Assembly: GCA_002772995.1 (NCBI GenBank)
Contig: PFCO01000003.1
Location: 74,253 to 136,756 of the forward strand
Length of the DNA stretch: 62,504 bases
Origin: Candidatus Niyogibacteria bacterium CG10_big_fil_rev_8_21_14_0_10_46_36
GTDB lineage: Bacteria > Patescibacteriota > Minisyncoccia > 1-14-0-10-42-19
Direction: 5' to 3'
This document shows, piece after piece, positions 9,606-18,270 of the stretch; the first letter of the stretch is position 1; each line of letters opens with the position of its first letter. A program made the translations under genes and the position numbers. The notes beneath the pieces were generated by a model. It was not told where the DNA came from, made no database searches, and was given only the letters and a program-made list of their open reading frames with translations.

Positions 9606-9785
9606 GTGGCTTACGAAGACGACAAGCGCCCTATGGAGCGCAAAATGTATCAAGGCAACTGGAAATGTTCAAACTGCGGAGGCGACATCAAGGAGCTCCC
9701 GTTTGAACCGGACCCTGCGCGCATGGACAAACTCCAGTGCAGAGACTGCTACCGGCAGAACCGTCCACCACGACGCCGATACTAA
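9606..9785 (+). CDS. CxxC-x~20-CxxC zinc-ribbon small protein (not in ORF track; start GTG 9606 or ATG 9633)
   Basis: MERKMYQGNWKCSNCGGDIKELPFEPDPARMDKLQCRDCYRQNRPPRRRY; TG-TATAAT at 9502-9509; terminator at 9792-9820. Confidence 0.8.
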   Translation: MAYEDDKRPMERKMYQGNWKCSNCGGDIKELPFEPDPARMDKLQCRDCYRQNRPPRRRY

Positions 9786-9791
9786 ACAGAC

Positions 9792-9820
9792 AAAAAAACC
9801 CGCGTAACGCGGGTTTTTTT
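9792..9820. terminator. Intrinsic terminator
   Basis: AAAAAAACCCGCG-TAA-CGCGGGTTTTTTT. Confidence 0.85.
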
Positions 9821-9872
9821 GTTTCTTCCAAAATACTTGCAAGGCATAAAGTCATATTGCATAATATGAACC

Positions 9873-10343
9873 ATGCCAAAAAAACAAGCGGTACGAAAAT
9901 CAAAATACTCCCTTTCTGTAAAACGAAGCAAGACGGGTCTCGGTCTTTTTACTAATGATTACATCAAGCGAGGGTCTTTTATTATTGAATACTTCGGTCC
10001 CATTATTACCAATGAGGAAGCGGATAAAAATAACGGCAGATATCTTTTTGAGTTAAATTCGCGCTGGACAGTGGATGGCATATCGCGTAAAAATATCGCA
10101 CGATACATCAATCACTCCTGCCGGCCGAATTGCGAAGCGGATGTTGTGCGGAGACATATTTTTATCTACGCAAAGCGGAACATTAAGCCTGGAGAGGAGC
10201 TTTCGTATGACTATGGAAGAAGTTATTTTAATGATTATATAAAACCCTATGGGTGTAAGTGCCCCAAATGCCTAGAAAAAAAGGCGCCGTATTCCCGTCA
10301 CCACCATATCAAGACCCACCGCTCCTATAAAAAATCCGCTTAA
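9873..10343 (+). CDS. SET-domain protein-lysine methyltransferase
   Basis: GLGLF, ARYINHSCRPN, GEELSYDYG, post-SET CKCPKC. Confidence 0.92.
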   Translation: MPKKQAVRKSKYSLSVKRSKTGLGLFTNDYIKRGSFIIEYFGPIITNEEADKNNGRYLFELNSRWTVDGISRKNIARYINHSCRPNCEADVVRRHIFIYAKRNIKPGEELSYDYGRSYFNDYIKPYGCKCPKCLEKKAPYSRHHHIKTHRSYKKSA

Positions 10344-10880
10344 CCGAAGCAATATCCCCATAACCTTATCAAACGCAACTTTTAATTTCTTGGAAAACAG
10401 CTCCCTCAGCATCATGAGAACGAAAATACAGATGTAATTAATGAACAATATCAAAAAAAGCACGGAGAAGCCCTCCATTGCGTTAAATTCAGACCCTATC
10501 AGTATGCTTACGGAAATCGTGCCTGCTCCCACAAAAAATGGGAGCGCTATTTCTGAGGCAAGGTCATCAAGGCTCTCTTTCATGCCTAATAGCGCCAACC
10601 GCCCCTGCACCACAAACAAAAACGCTTGCGCAAAGATAATAATTCCTCCAAATATTCTGAAGGATTCAAAATGTATCCTAAAAATATCCTCAAATAAGAA
10701 TGTGCCGGTAAGTGAAAATATATAAAATATCAAAAATGAGATAAGCGACGCTTTCGCGAGCACAATTAAGAAATCTTTCCGCGAGAGCGCGGACATGACC
10801 GGCTGTAAATACAAAAAAAGCGCGAACGGATTGAGAAGCGCAAGAAAAGCAAGAATATAGGCACTGGAAGACGAAAACAT
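10272..10880 (-). CDS. MarC-family membrane protein
   Basis: ALLNPF, SFRIFGGII, PFFVGAGTIS, RLSGFFIGAVG. Confidence 0.8.
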   Translation of the reverse strand: MFSSSSAYILAFLALLNPFALFLYLQPVMSALSRKDFLIVLAKASLISFLIFYIFSLTGTFLFEDIFRIHFESFRIFGGIIIFAQAFLFVVQGRLALLGMKESLDDLASEIALPFFVGAGTISVSILIGSEFNAMEGFSVLFLILFINYICIFVLMMLRELFSKKLKVAFDKVMGILLRLSGFFIGAVGLDMVVTGIRRLFF

Positions 10881-10888
10881 GGAAGGTA

Positions 10889-12193
10889 TTATAAATCTCG
10901 GAGATACCCCCAATTGTGGAGCTTATCGCTATCCTCAAACCACCTATCCGCAATGTCTTTACGGTAATACATATTCGGCATCATGATATTTTTTATCCGG
11001 TTATACGCCTGCACCTTTGCCTGCTTCATGGTTTGACCAATACCAACCACTATCAGAACAACCCCCGATGTTCCGGTGATAACCCATTCCCCATTCACCT
11101 CTTTTACATCTTCTATATGAATGCCATCGCGCTGCGGTTTTTTAAAAAAGATAACCGCGTCTTTTGAATTTATTTCGAATGTTTTGATATCCCGATAGAA
11201 TGGAAACGGCGGAACAACCAGACGAACGCCTACCTGAAAGCCGCTCCGGGTACGGAGTTTTACTTGTTCGCCCGCGGCAAGCTGATATAAAAATTCTCCA
11301 ATCGGATTGAGGATGCCTTCTTGCTGGATGCTTATCGTGGGATACCCGAAGCGTGCCGTAAACTCCAGCGGGTAAATGCCATTCGCATTCACGATACAAT
11401 TAAGGTCCATGTAGCCGACATATCCCTCTTCGGCAAGCCTGCTTTCCATTTTTTTAAGCGTACTGTTGAATATCTTGTTTGGAGCGCTCCAAAACATGCT
11501 TGTTCCCATCTCTCCTGTTGAGGGCCCTATATCTCCAGGAAAAAGTTTTTTGTGCTCAAAATTGACATTAATGGGATATATAAATTCTTTACCGTTAAAA
11601 AAGGCGCCCACCCCAACCTCAACGCCAACCACCCGCTTTTGCAGCAAAAACAGTTTTATTTTTTTGGACAACGATTTTTTATACGCCTCAAGAAGCTGGA
11701 CGACATCCCGCCCGTCATCTTCTTCACCGACAAACAGAAGCTGTTTGATATTTTGTGCATCCAAACTTGATTTGATGACATAGCGTCCTGGGTTTGTTTT
11801 TACATAATTGACTGCTTCGTCAAAGGAAGAAAAGCTTTGGTAGGGCAAAATAGGAACGCCTGCTTTTTTGAGTTCTTCCTGTCCGAATGAACGATCATCT
11901 TCAAGCATGTCGGTATAGGCCGTACCCCCAACCACCAGCTTGCCGTCTTTCCGGAGCTTTTGAGCCTTTTTACCCATCCCCAGCACATCATCAAAGACAA
12001 CAACATCTGCCCATTCTACATCCTTCTGCCAGTCGTCCGTTTTTGGAATAAATCCATCACCAATATCCTGGTCGGGAGTAGACTCAATATAATAGCGGGC
12101 ATCATGCCCCTCCCTGATTACCTGCCAGGCAATATCAGTGATAAGGCCATCTATGGATACGAAAAGGAATTTTTTCTTGACAATACCATTCAT
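10889..12193 (-). CDS. PurD-like (phosphoribosylamine-glycine ligase family) ATP-grasp enzyme
   Basis: EHKKLFPGDIGPSTGEMG, LEFTARFGYP; start moved to MNGIV. Confidence 0.8.
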   Translation of the reverse strand: MNGIVKKKFLFVSIDGLITDIAWQVIREGHDARYYIESTPDQDIGDGFIPKTDDWQKDVEWADVVVFDDVLGMGKKAQKLRKDGKLVVGGTAYTDMLEDDRSFGQEELKKAGVPILPYQSFSSFDEAVNYVKTNPGRYVIKSSLDAQNIKQLLFVGEEDDGRDVVQLLEAYKKSLSKKIKLFLLQKRVVGVEVGVGAFFNGKEFIYPINVNFEHKKLFPGDIGPSTGEMGTSMFWSAPNKIFNSTLKKMESRLAEEGYVGYMDLNCIVNANGIYPLEFTARFGYPTISIQQEGILNPIGEFLYQLAAGEQVKLRTRSGFQVGVRLVVPPFPFYRDIKTFEINSKDAVIFFKKPQRDGIHIEDVKEVNGEWVITGTSGVVLIVVGIGQTMKQAKVQAYNRIKNIMMPNMYYRKDIADRWFEDSDKLHNWGYLRDL

Positions 12194-12285
12194 ATATGTA
12201 TCGTACACCGTCTGGGAAAAATAAAATATGTGAATAACCGGATAAACACAAAAAAACCGCCGGTTCGTGGCCGGCGGTATCATTA

Positions 12286-12633
12286 TTAATGCAATTGTGC
12301 GCTTGGTGAGTGTCTATTCCCCTCAATAACATCATAGATACTCATCCCGGCATCAAGCATTTCTTCGTATAGGTCAAAGAATTTCTTAAGCAACCAGAGC
12401 GCAATGCCGATGGGAACCGTGACAGCATATTCCCCCTTCTTTCTTTTTTCTTTGCATTTCTCTATAAGCTCGGGGATGCCCTCTTTGTCGCTCCCCACCA
12501 TGCCCACCAAAAAATCAACGACGTTAACTAGCATGCTGTATGATTCCACTCCCTCGTCTGCGTCCATGGCAGCAGTTTGGTACATCGCATCTAACATCAT
12601 CACATCTATCAGAACTTCTGAGCGGCTGCTCAT
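12286..12633 (-). CDS. Hypothetical protein, 115 aa
   Basis: GAGGAGG SD, own consensus promoter and downstream hairpin. Confidence 0.7.
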   Translation of the reverse strand: MSSRSEVLIDVMMLDAMYQTAAMDADEGVESYSMLVNVVDFLVGMVGSDKEGIPELIEKCKEKRKKGEYAVTVPIGIALWLLKKFFDLYEEMLDAGMSIYDVIEGNRHSPSAQLH

Positions 12634-12669
12634 AGGTGCCTCCTCTATATTAATATGCTCATGTGGAAT

Positions 12670-12698
12670 ATGGTAGCATTTTTTTACTCTTTTGTCAA
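12670..12698 (-). promoter_or_regulatory. Sigma70-type promoter for 12286-12633
   Basis: TTGACA-17 nt-TACCAT with TG extension. Confidence 0.7.
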
Positions 12699-12733
12699 TA
12701 AATAAAACGGCGCATAAAAGCGCCGTCTTTGTA

Positions 12734-13984
12734 TTAGAGTATAAATTCTCCTTTTCTTATGACCTGCACAGCTCTGTCGGAATGGGTAATTGCAAAAACA
12801 TCTGTGTGTTCGTCGGATATCATAATGTCCTGATGTATAAGGCTCGCATTTAATCCCGCCGCTTTCAGTTCTTCTGGAGCCATGCTATCGTATCCCGTAA
12901 AACAAAAAGCAAATCCGTTTCCTAGGGCTATGTGGCACGCCGCCTGCTCATCAAAAAGCGTTTCTTTGAATACAATTCCGCTTTGAAAAACCGGGGAATC
13001 AATCCCCACAATGGCGAGTTCGTTGATTCTTCGCGCGCCCTTGTCCGTATCAATAAGCGACTGGAAAATGGAATCCCCCTTTGTGGCAGAAAAAGATACA
13101 AGGACGCCGTTTTTGAATACCATCTCAAGCCCCTCTACCAGCTGATTATTCACCATAACGGGTTTGGTTGCCCGCACATATCCGTTTGCCTTCTTGCGGT
13201 CCGGCGATGTGAATATTTCTTCACTCGGAATATTTGGCTGAAATGTAGCGTTTCGTTTGCTGATTTGAGCGCCTCCGGTGAATATTGATAAAGGCGAAAG
13301 TCCTATTTCCAGATCGGTTCCCGGTCCCTGATAATGAAACCGGTCTATCTTCATTTCGTTCAGTATATTCACGCGGCGCTTCAGTTCCGCATCCAGCTTC
13401 CACAGACGATTAACGCCGTCAGAGTGTGAAGCGCGGGTAATGGAAAAAATATCATCCCAAAGCCGCATTTCTGCTTCTTCTGAAGACATATGAGGATATA
13501 TCTGTTTTGCCCATTGCGGCGTTGCTGCGGCAACAATGCACCAATGCATCGCCGCTTCTCCGATACCTTTCTCATGCAAGCTATGCCTTGATTGTTTTAC
13601 TTGCCTTTGCATCATGCTAATATGGCCCGCGTCAGCTCCATAAAACAATTCTGGAAATTCGCTCCCCCTGATAGAAAGCATTGCCCCCCGTCTCTGCACG
13701 AGCTCATCATAGCGGGCTTTTATGTATGGCGGTAGAAACGCTATATCATTTTCGGAAGAATGCCGCAAGCGCACATCCGTAATGACGGGATCCGACTCCA
13801 TATACGCCGAAAAAGAAACATCAACATACCGCGCTCCTTTCTTATACGCTTTTTTTGCCACAAGTGCGGCAAAATTTCTATGTATCGGCTCCGTCATAAT
13901 GAAAAGCAACTGCCCCTTTTGAATATTCAACCCATATGAAACAGTGATGTCCGCATAGTTTTCTAGCTTTTCTTGAAATGTCAA
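12734..13984 (-). CDS. Aminopeptidase, M29 family (AmpS/PepS-like)
   Basis: PNIPSEEIFTSP, NELAIV, TLFDEQAACHIALG, SLIHQDIMI. Confidence 0.9.
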   Translation of the reverse strand: MTFQEKLENYADITVSYGLNIQKGQLLFIMTEPIHRNFAALVAKKAYKKGARYVDVSFSAYMESDPVITDVRLRHSSENDIAFLPPYIKARYDELVQRRGAMLSIRGSEFPELFYGADAGHISMMQRQVKQSRHSLHEKGIGEAAMHWCIVAAATPQWAKQIYPHMSSEEAEMRLWDDIFSITRASHSDGVNRLWKLDAELKRRVNILNEMKIDRFHYQGPGTDLEIGLSPLSIFTGGAQISKRNATFQPNIPSEEIFTSPDRKKANGYVRATKPVMVNNQLVEGLEMVFKNGVLVSFSATKGDSIFQSLIDTDKGARRINELAIVGIDSPVFQSGIVFKETLFDEQAACHIALGNGFAFCFTGYDSMAPEELKAAGLNASLIHQDIMISDEHTDVFAITHSDRAVQVIRKGEFIL

Positions 13985-14214
13985 CGTGGCCTCCTGGGTA
14001 TATTTTTTTTAAAAAGTACTTTGGGAATATAACATATTTTTAGGCGCGTGTCCACCTCTTATTATGAGCGATATTCTTATTACTCCTTACACATAAAAAC
14101 AACATAACATAAAACGCTAGCCATAAGGCTAGCGTTTTATTGAGACATGTTCTCGCATCAGCTTTTTATCATTCGCAACACAAAAAGCACCCGGATGGGT
14201 GCTTTTTGTGTTTA

Positions 14215-14415
14215 TTATACTCGGTTTACTTTTGTAGCGCTCGGGCCTTTTGGGCCGTCGGTCACTTCAAACGTAACTTTATCGCCTTCTTTGAGTTCGT
14301 TGAACTGCACGTTTTGCAGCTCGCTTGAGTGGAAGAAAAGATCCTTTTCTTCGCCCTCGCGCGCGATGAACCCAAATCCTCGATCAGTTAAACGAGTGAT
14401 TGTTCCTTCGTTCAT
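14215..14415 (-). CDS. Cold-shock protein
   Basis: GFGFI (RNP1), LFFHSS (RNP2), GPKGPSATKV. Confidence 0.95.
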   Translation of the reverse strand: MNEGTITRLTDRGFGFIAREGEEKDLFFHSSELQNVQFNELKEGDKVTFEVTDGPKGPSATKVNRV

Positions 14416-14509
14416 TATCGTAAGAATAACTCTTGTAAAATATTAAATCTAGGACACTTAAAACAAACTTCGACATAATTCTCTTTCAGCTCCGGATTTA
14501 ATTACTGCC

Positions 14510-14538
14510 ATTCTAGCATGGTTCTAATTTCGTGTCAA
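14510..14538 (-). promoter_or_regulatory. Sigma70 promoter of the cold-shock gene, giving a 5' UTR of about 88 nt
   Basis: TTGACA-17 nt-TAGAAT with TG extension. Confidence 0.8.
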
Positions 14539-14606
14539 TAAGGCACGTAAGCAAGTGAGCGTATAGGGGCACCATGGCCCCTACCCATGATATAATCCTT
14601 GTATAT

Positions 14607-15485
14607 ATGTCCCGTAGCTCAAATATAATCATTCCAGTTCTCATAAGCATCATTGCGGCAGGTGCGATTGGGTATGGCGGATACCGGTATCACTCGCTTG
14701 CCGAAGAACGCGACATGCTAACCTCCACCCTCGCCGACACACATACTGACCTTGCCTCAACTACCAACGCCCTGCATCAACTAGAACAAGAGCGCGCCAG
14801 CCTGCAAGAACAGCTAGACGCTGAACAGGCACGCGTAGGCGCGCTGGCTTCTCAAGTAGAGACGGTAACAAATACAGTGGGCGTTTTGGAAAAATTAAAC
14901 ACCATTGATCCGGAACTCTTAAAAAAGTATTCGCGCGTGTATTTTTTAAACGAAAACTATATGCCACGCGAGCTTGCAGCAATAACCGAATCGTACCTAT
15001 ACGAACCCCATGTAACAAAATATATTCTTTCGGATATTGAATCATTTCTCATAGCGCTTATGAATGCCGCAAACAATGCCGGCTTGAATCTTAAAATAAT
15101 ATCGGCATACCGTTCATTTGGAGAACAGGCGGAGCTGAAGTATTCATACGCCGTGACATATGGCACGGGCGCCAACCAATTCTCGGCAGACCAGGGATAT
15201 TCCGAGCACCAAATAGGTACGGCAATAGATTTTACGACCGGAACCACTGGCGCAAACTTTAACGCGTTTGAAGACACGCAGGCATATGCCTGGCTCAAAG
15301 ATAACGCGCACACATACGGCTTTGTTCTCTCCTACCCCGAAGAGAATGCCTATTATCATTTTGAGCCGTGGCACTGGCGGTTTGTGGGACGCGAACTTGC
15401 AGAAAAACTGCACAACGAAAACAAATATTTCTACGATCTTGACCAGCGCCTGATAGATACTTATCTTATTTCATTTTTTAATTGA
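14607..15485 (+). CDS. M15B (VanY-like) D,D-carboxypeptidase with N-terminal TM helix and coiled coil
   Basis: SAYRS, GYSEHQIGTAID, EPWHWRF. Confidence 0.88.
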   Translation: MSRSSNIIIPVLISIIAAGAIGYGGYRYHSLAEERDMLTSTLADTHTDLASTTNALHQLEQERASLQEQLDAEQARVGALASQVETVTNTVGVLEKLNTIDPELLKKYSRVYFLNENYMPRELAAITESYLYEPHVTKYILSDIESFLIALMNAANNAGLNLKIISAYRSFGEQAELKYSYAVTYGTGANQFSADQGYSEHQIGTAIDFTTGTTGANFNAFEDTQAYAWLKDNAHTYGFVLSYPEENAYYHFEPWHWRFVGRELAEKLHNENKYFYDLDQRLIDTYLISFFN

Positions 15486-15505
15486 ACCTGGTATAATACA
15501 ACCCT

Positions 15506-15841
15506 ATGAAAAAATTCATATTATTATACAAAGGTCCTGCTACCGACATGAAAGACATGTCGGAAGAAAGCTCAAAAGCTGTCATGGCAAAATGGGGTGA
15601 TTGGATGGGCAAGGTTGGGAGCGCAATGGTTGATGTGGGTCAACCGATGGTAAAACAAGGCGTATCTGTTGTAGACGACGGGTCCACAGGAACTCCCGCG
15701 GAGCTTAATGGCTACACCATTATCCAAGCCGAAGACATGAATGACGCACAAGCGCTTGTTGACGGCCACCCGTTCTTAAGCGACAAGACGGGCAAGTTCA
15801 GTGTCGATATATACGAGCTGATGCCGGTTCCCGAAATGTAA
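15506..15841 (+). CDS. YCII-related domain protein
   Basis: KWGDWMGKVG, NGYTIIQA, GHPFL pattern. Confidence 0.7.
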   Translation: MKKFILLYKGPATDMKDMSEESSKAVMAKWGDWMGKVGSAMVDVGQPMVKQGVSVVDDGSTGTPAELNGYTIIQAEDMNDAQALVDGHPFLSDKTGKFSVDIYELMPVPEM

Positions 15842-15856
15842 GGCCTTTTTTCTCAC

Positions 15857-15890
15857 AAACAAAAAACACCCACACGGGTGTTTTTTGTTT
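15857..15890. terminator. Bidirectional terminator
   Basis: AAACAAAAAACACCC-ACAC-GGGTGTTTTTTGTTT. Confidence 0.85.
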
Positions 15891-15891
15891 G

Positions 15892-16062
15892 CTATGCCCC
15901 TAAAAATGTCAGAAGTTTATAAACAAGGAACGCGGGCCATGCCAGTGCCTTAAGCACCCCGACTATCCCCGCCCCGAAACTAACAGCTTGCTGTATGTAA
16001 TATACAGCAGCACCAATCAGGCCGAGACAATATATAAAGCCTGCTGAATCTGAGCGTTTCAT
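15892..16062 (-). CDS. 56-aa two-helix membrane protein (not in ORF track)
   Basis: MKRSDSAGFIYCLGLIGAAVYYIQQAVSFGAGIVGVLKALAWPAFLVYKLLTFLGA. Confidence 0.75.
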   Translation of the reverse strand: MKRSDSAGFIYCLGLIGAAVYYIQQAVSFGAGIVGVLKALAWPAFLVYKLLTFLGA

Positions 16063-16093
16063 AGAGTTATTGTATTATAAATTCAAACTTGAG

Positions 16094-16267
16094 TTAATGA
16101 GAATCAGGCACTTTCTTCTTACTCTTCACCGCGCCCGCGACACCAACAATAAACACTAAAAATCCAAGCACCTGCCCTCCGGGGCTATCATCAATCCCGC
16201 CGTATACGATTAAAAATGCACCGAACACTAATGCGAGTATAGAGAATAGCAAGCTGCGTTTCTTCAT
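16094..16267 (-). CDS. Small membrane hairpin protein
   Basis: Two TM helices joined by GGIDDSPGGQ. Confidence 0.7.
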   Translation of the reverse strand: MKKRSLLFSILALVFGAFLIVYGGIDDSPGGQVLGFLVFIVGVAGAVKSKKKVPDSH

Positions 16268-16282
16268 AATAAAAATCAAATG

Positions 16283-16354
16283 CTCCGCAGGCAGGATTCG
16301 AACCTGCGACCAACGCGTTAACAGCGCGCTGCTCTACCACTGAGCTACTGCGGA
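16283..16354 (-). tRNA. tRNA-Asn(GTT), CCA not fully encoded
   Basis: TCCGCAG/CTGCGGA acceptor, CTGTTAA loop, GGTTCGAATCC, G73. Confidence 0.97.
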
Positions 16355-16425
16355 ATATTCATTTAATCTAGCATCTTTCTGTCCCTCCTTCAATAGAAAA
16401 TCCCCGGTAATACGGGGATGTTTGT

Positions 16426-17388
16426 TTATTCTGGTTTTTCTGAAAAATCGGGCATAAGACCGCATATCTTCATGGCGCGTATAAGCCGGTTAAGGCCGAT
16501 GCCGCCGCCGCATCGCATAAAAAAGTTGAACGAAAGGAATTCTTCCAGTTCCTGGCGGGTTGCCTGTTTCCCAAAACGCCGCTCAAGTTCAGACGCGTAC
16601 AAGCCGTCTTTAATGCTGTTAAAACGCCTCCGCATATCATCACTATCCGTAGAGCGCTCCGCGGATCCTATTGCTTCCATGCCGCACAAGATAACATCTA
16701 TTTTTCTTGCAGTGTTGGTACTCCATTTCCGCTTCATATTCCAAAACGGACTTGTAAATTCGGGGAAATCCGTAAGAAAACAGACCTCGCCGAATAAATC
16801 CCGGAGCTTTTCTTCATGACGGCTTTCTATTTCGTGCCCTTCGTGCAAACGAAGGATAGTCGCAGCGTCGCTATACTCTATCGCGGGGTATTCTTCCTTA
16901 TGCCTATATGCATCATGTTTAGGAAATCCTAAAAACTCGAGCAGGTCTTTGAGCATGCTATGCAATACTTCCATATCGCCATGCGTCTCAAATTCAAACA
17001 TCTGGAACACAAGATCGTGCCTCCCCGCTTCTCTCCGTTGGGGCGGCTCATCCCGATAACTTGTCGTTATACAGCAGCACCCCGTCATAGTCGGGTCTGC
17101 AAGAAGTTCGTACTCAAGCCACATCTGCCCGGTTTGGGGTAACGGTAAGATGCGCGCGCCGAAATCATATTTCATGACATTGAACACATCTTCGCATGCG
17201 GCAAGTATAGATTGCCTTTGCTGCGTCGGCACAAGCACAAACCCTAATTCATCACAGAAAAACCCGAGAAGCTTCTTAATGACATAATCGTATTCGTACT
17301 TGTTCATGAAGCTTACTTCTGACTTTTCACGAATACGCTTTGCGACAGCTTTATTATGCGCCAGCTCTTCCTGGGTCATACAGCTCAT
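16426..17388 (-). CDS. Class IIb aminoacyl-tRNA-synthetase-like protein, catalytic domain only (AsnRS2/asparagine synthetase A-like)
   Basis: Motif 2-like SYRDEP...RHDLVFQMFEFE; EAIGSAER; motif 3 GGGIGLNRL; no N-terminal OB-fold anticodon domain. Confidence 0.8.
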   Translation of the reverse strand: MSCMTQEELAHNKAVAKRIREKSEVSFMNKYEYDYVIKKLLGFFCDELGFVLVPTQQRQSILAACEDVFNVMKYDFGARILPLPQTGQMWLEYELLADPTMTGCCCITTSYRDEPPQRREAGRHDLVFQMFEFETHGDMEVLHSMLKDLLEFLGFPKHDAYRHKEEYPAIEYSDAATILRLHEGHEIESRHEEKLRDLFGEVCFLTDFPEFTSPFWNMKRKWSTNTARKIDVILCGMEAIGSAERSTDSDDMRRRFNSIKDGLYASELERRFGKQATRQELEEFLSFNFFMRCGGGIGLNRLIRAMKICGLMPDFSEKPE

Positions 17389-17432
17389 TACACCCCCCTT
17401 TTGTATTTTTTAAAAATCTATACCACGCCCTA

Positions 17433-17696
17433 CTATACTACAGCTCCCTCTTTTTTCAACAGTGCACGCTTTTTTTGTTCACCACGGTTGTACCCGCCGG
17501 TATCTCCGTCGGAGCGTATAACTCGATGACATGGAATGGCAGGGTCACCATTCTTGTGCAGGATATTTCCTACCGCGCGATACGCGCGGGGACTCCCCGC
17601 AAGACGCGCTACTTCCTTATATGTCCGCACCTCTCCTTTGGGAATGCGCGCAACTGCTTTGTACACTCGTTCTGAAAATGACTGCATATTTACCAT
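17433..17696 (-). CDS. MGMT-family O6-alkylguanine-DNA alkyltransferase, single domain
   Basis: RAVGNIL, IPCHRV with active-site Cys. Confidence 0.9.
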   Translation of the reverse strand: MVNMQSFSERVYKAVARIPKGEVRTYKEVARLAGSPRAYRAVGNILHKNGDPAIPCHRVIRSDGDTGGYNRGEQKKRALLKKEGAVV

Positions 17697-18187
17697 AAAA
17701 GAATAATGAGCGAAGCCGCAATAACAACTCCCTGGATACTAAAACCTATCATCTTTGAGGGTTCGTGCGGCGTGTGTACCCATTTATGAAACCGATGAAT
17801 AAGCGCAATGGGCCACTTCGGGAAAAACCAAAAGACAAGCTGTAAAAAGTCGGGCAACGCTGCGCCTATGACGGTAAGCACGAACGGAAGAATGCCCGAA
17901 ACGGTAAGCGGCGGCTGCATAATATAAAACAGCGCTCCTGCGCCCACCAGGCCATCTATAAGTAGTTTTGTTATATCCCACCAAACATGGTCATACCGAA
18001 CTCCAAGCACCCGCGCTTGCTTCCCTTCGCCGTTACGGATAACTGAATCAAGCCGGTAATCCCGATGCGGAATTGCGTCCAGTATAAAATGGCTTGCAAT
18101 TGCGACAACAAACAATACAAGCGGGTTGCTCCCCGCGAGCGGCCGCGTCATTGCGGCAGCTCCTAGTATATGGGTAGTTAAAATCAT
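17690..18187 (-). CDS. Membrane protein with putative metal-binding His/Asp motifs
   Basis: SHFILDAIPH, LPDFL, HRFHKWVH; TM segments. Confidence 0.6.
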   Translation of the reverse strand: MILTTHILGAAAMTRPLAGSNPLVLFVVAIASHFILDAIPHRDYRLDSVIRNGEGKQARVLGVRYDHVWWDITKLLIDGLVGAGALFYIMQPPLTVSGILPFVLTVIGAALPDFLQLVFWFFPKWPIALIHRFHKWVHTPHEPSKMIGFSIQGVVIAASLIILLW

Positions 18188-18270
18188 ATGCACTCCGTCT
18201 TTTTACTCTATAGTATTGTGTGGGGATTAGGCAAAAGAAAAAGACCGCGCTAGTGCGGTCTTTTTTATTG

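Noticed and set aside
16418-16819. Plus-strand 133-aa ORF overlapping the AsnRS-like gene
   Set aside because: Antisense shadow with no recognisable motifs.
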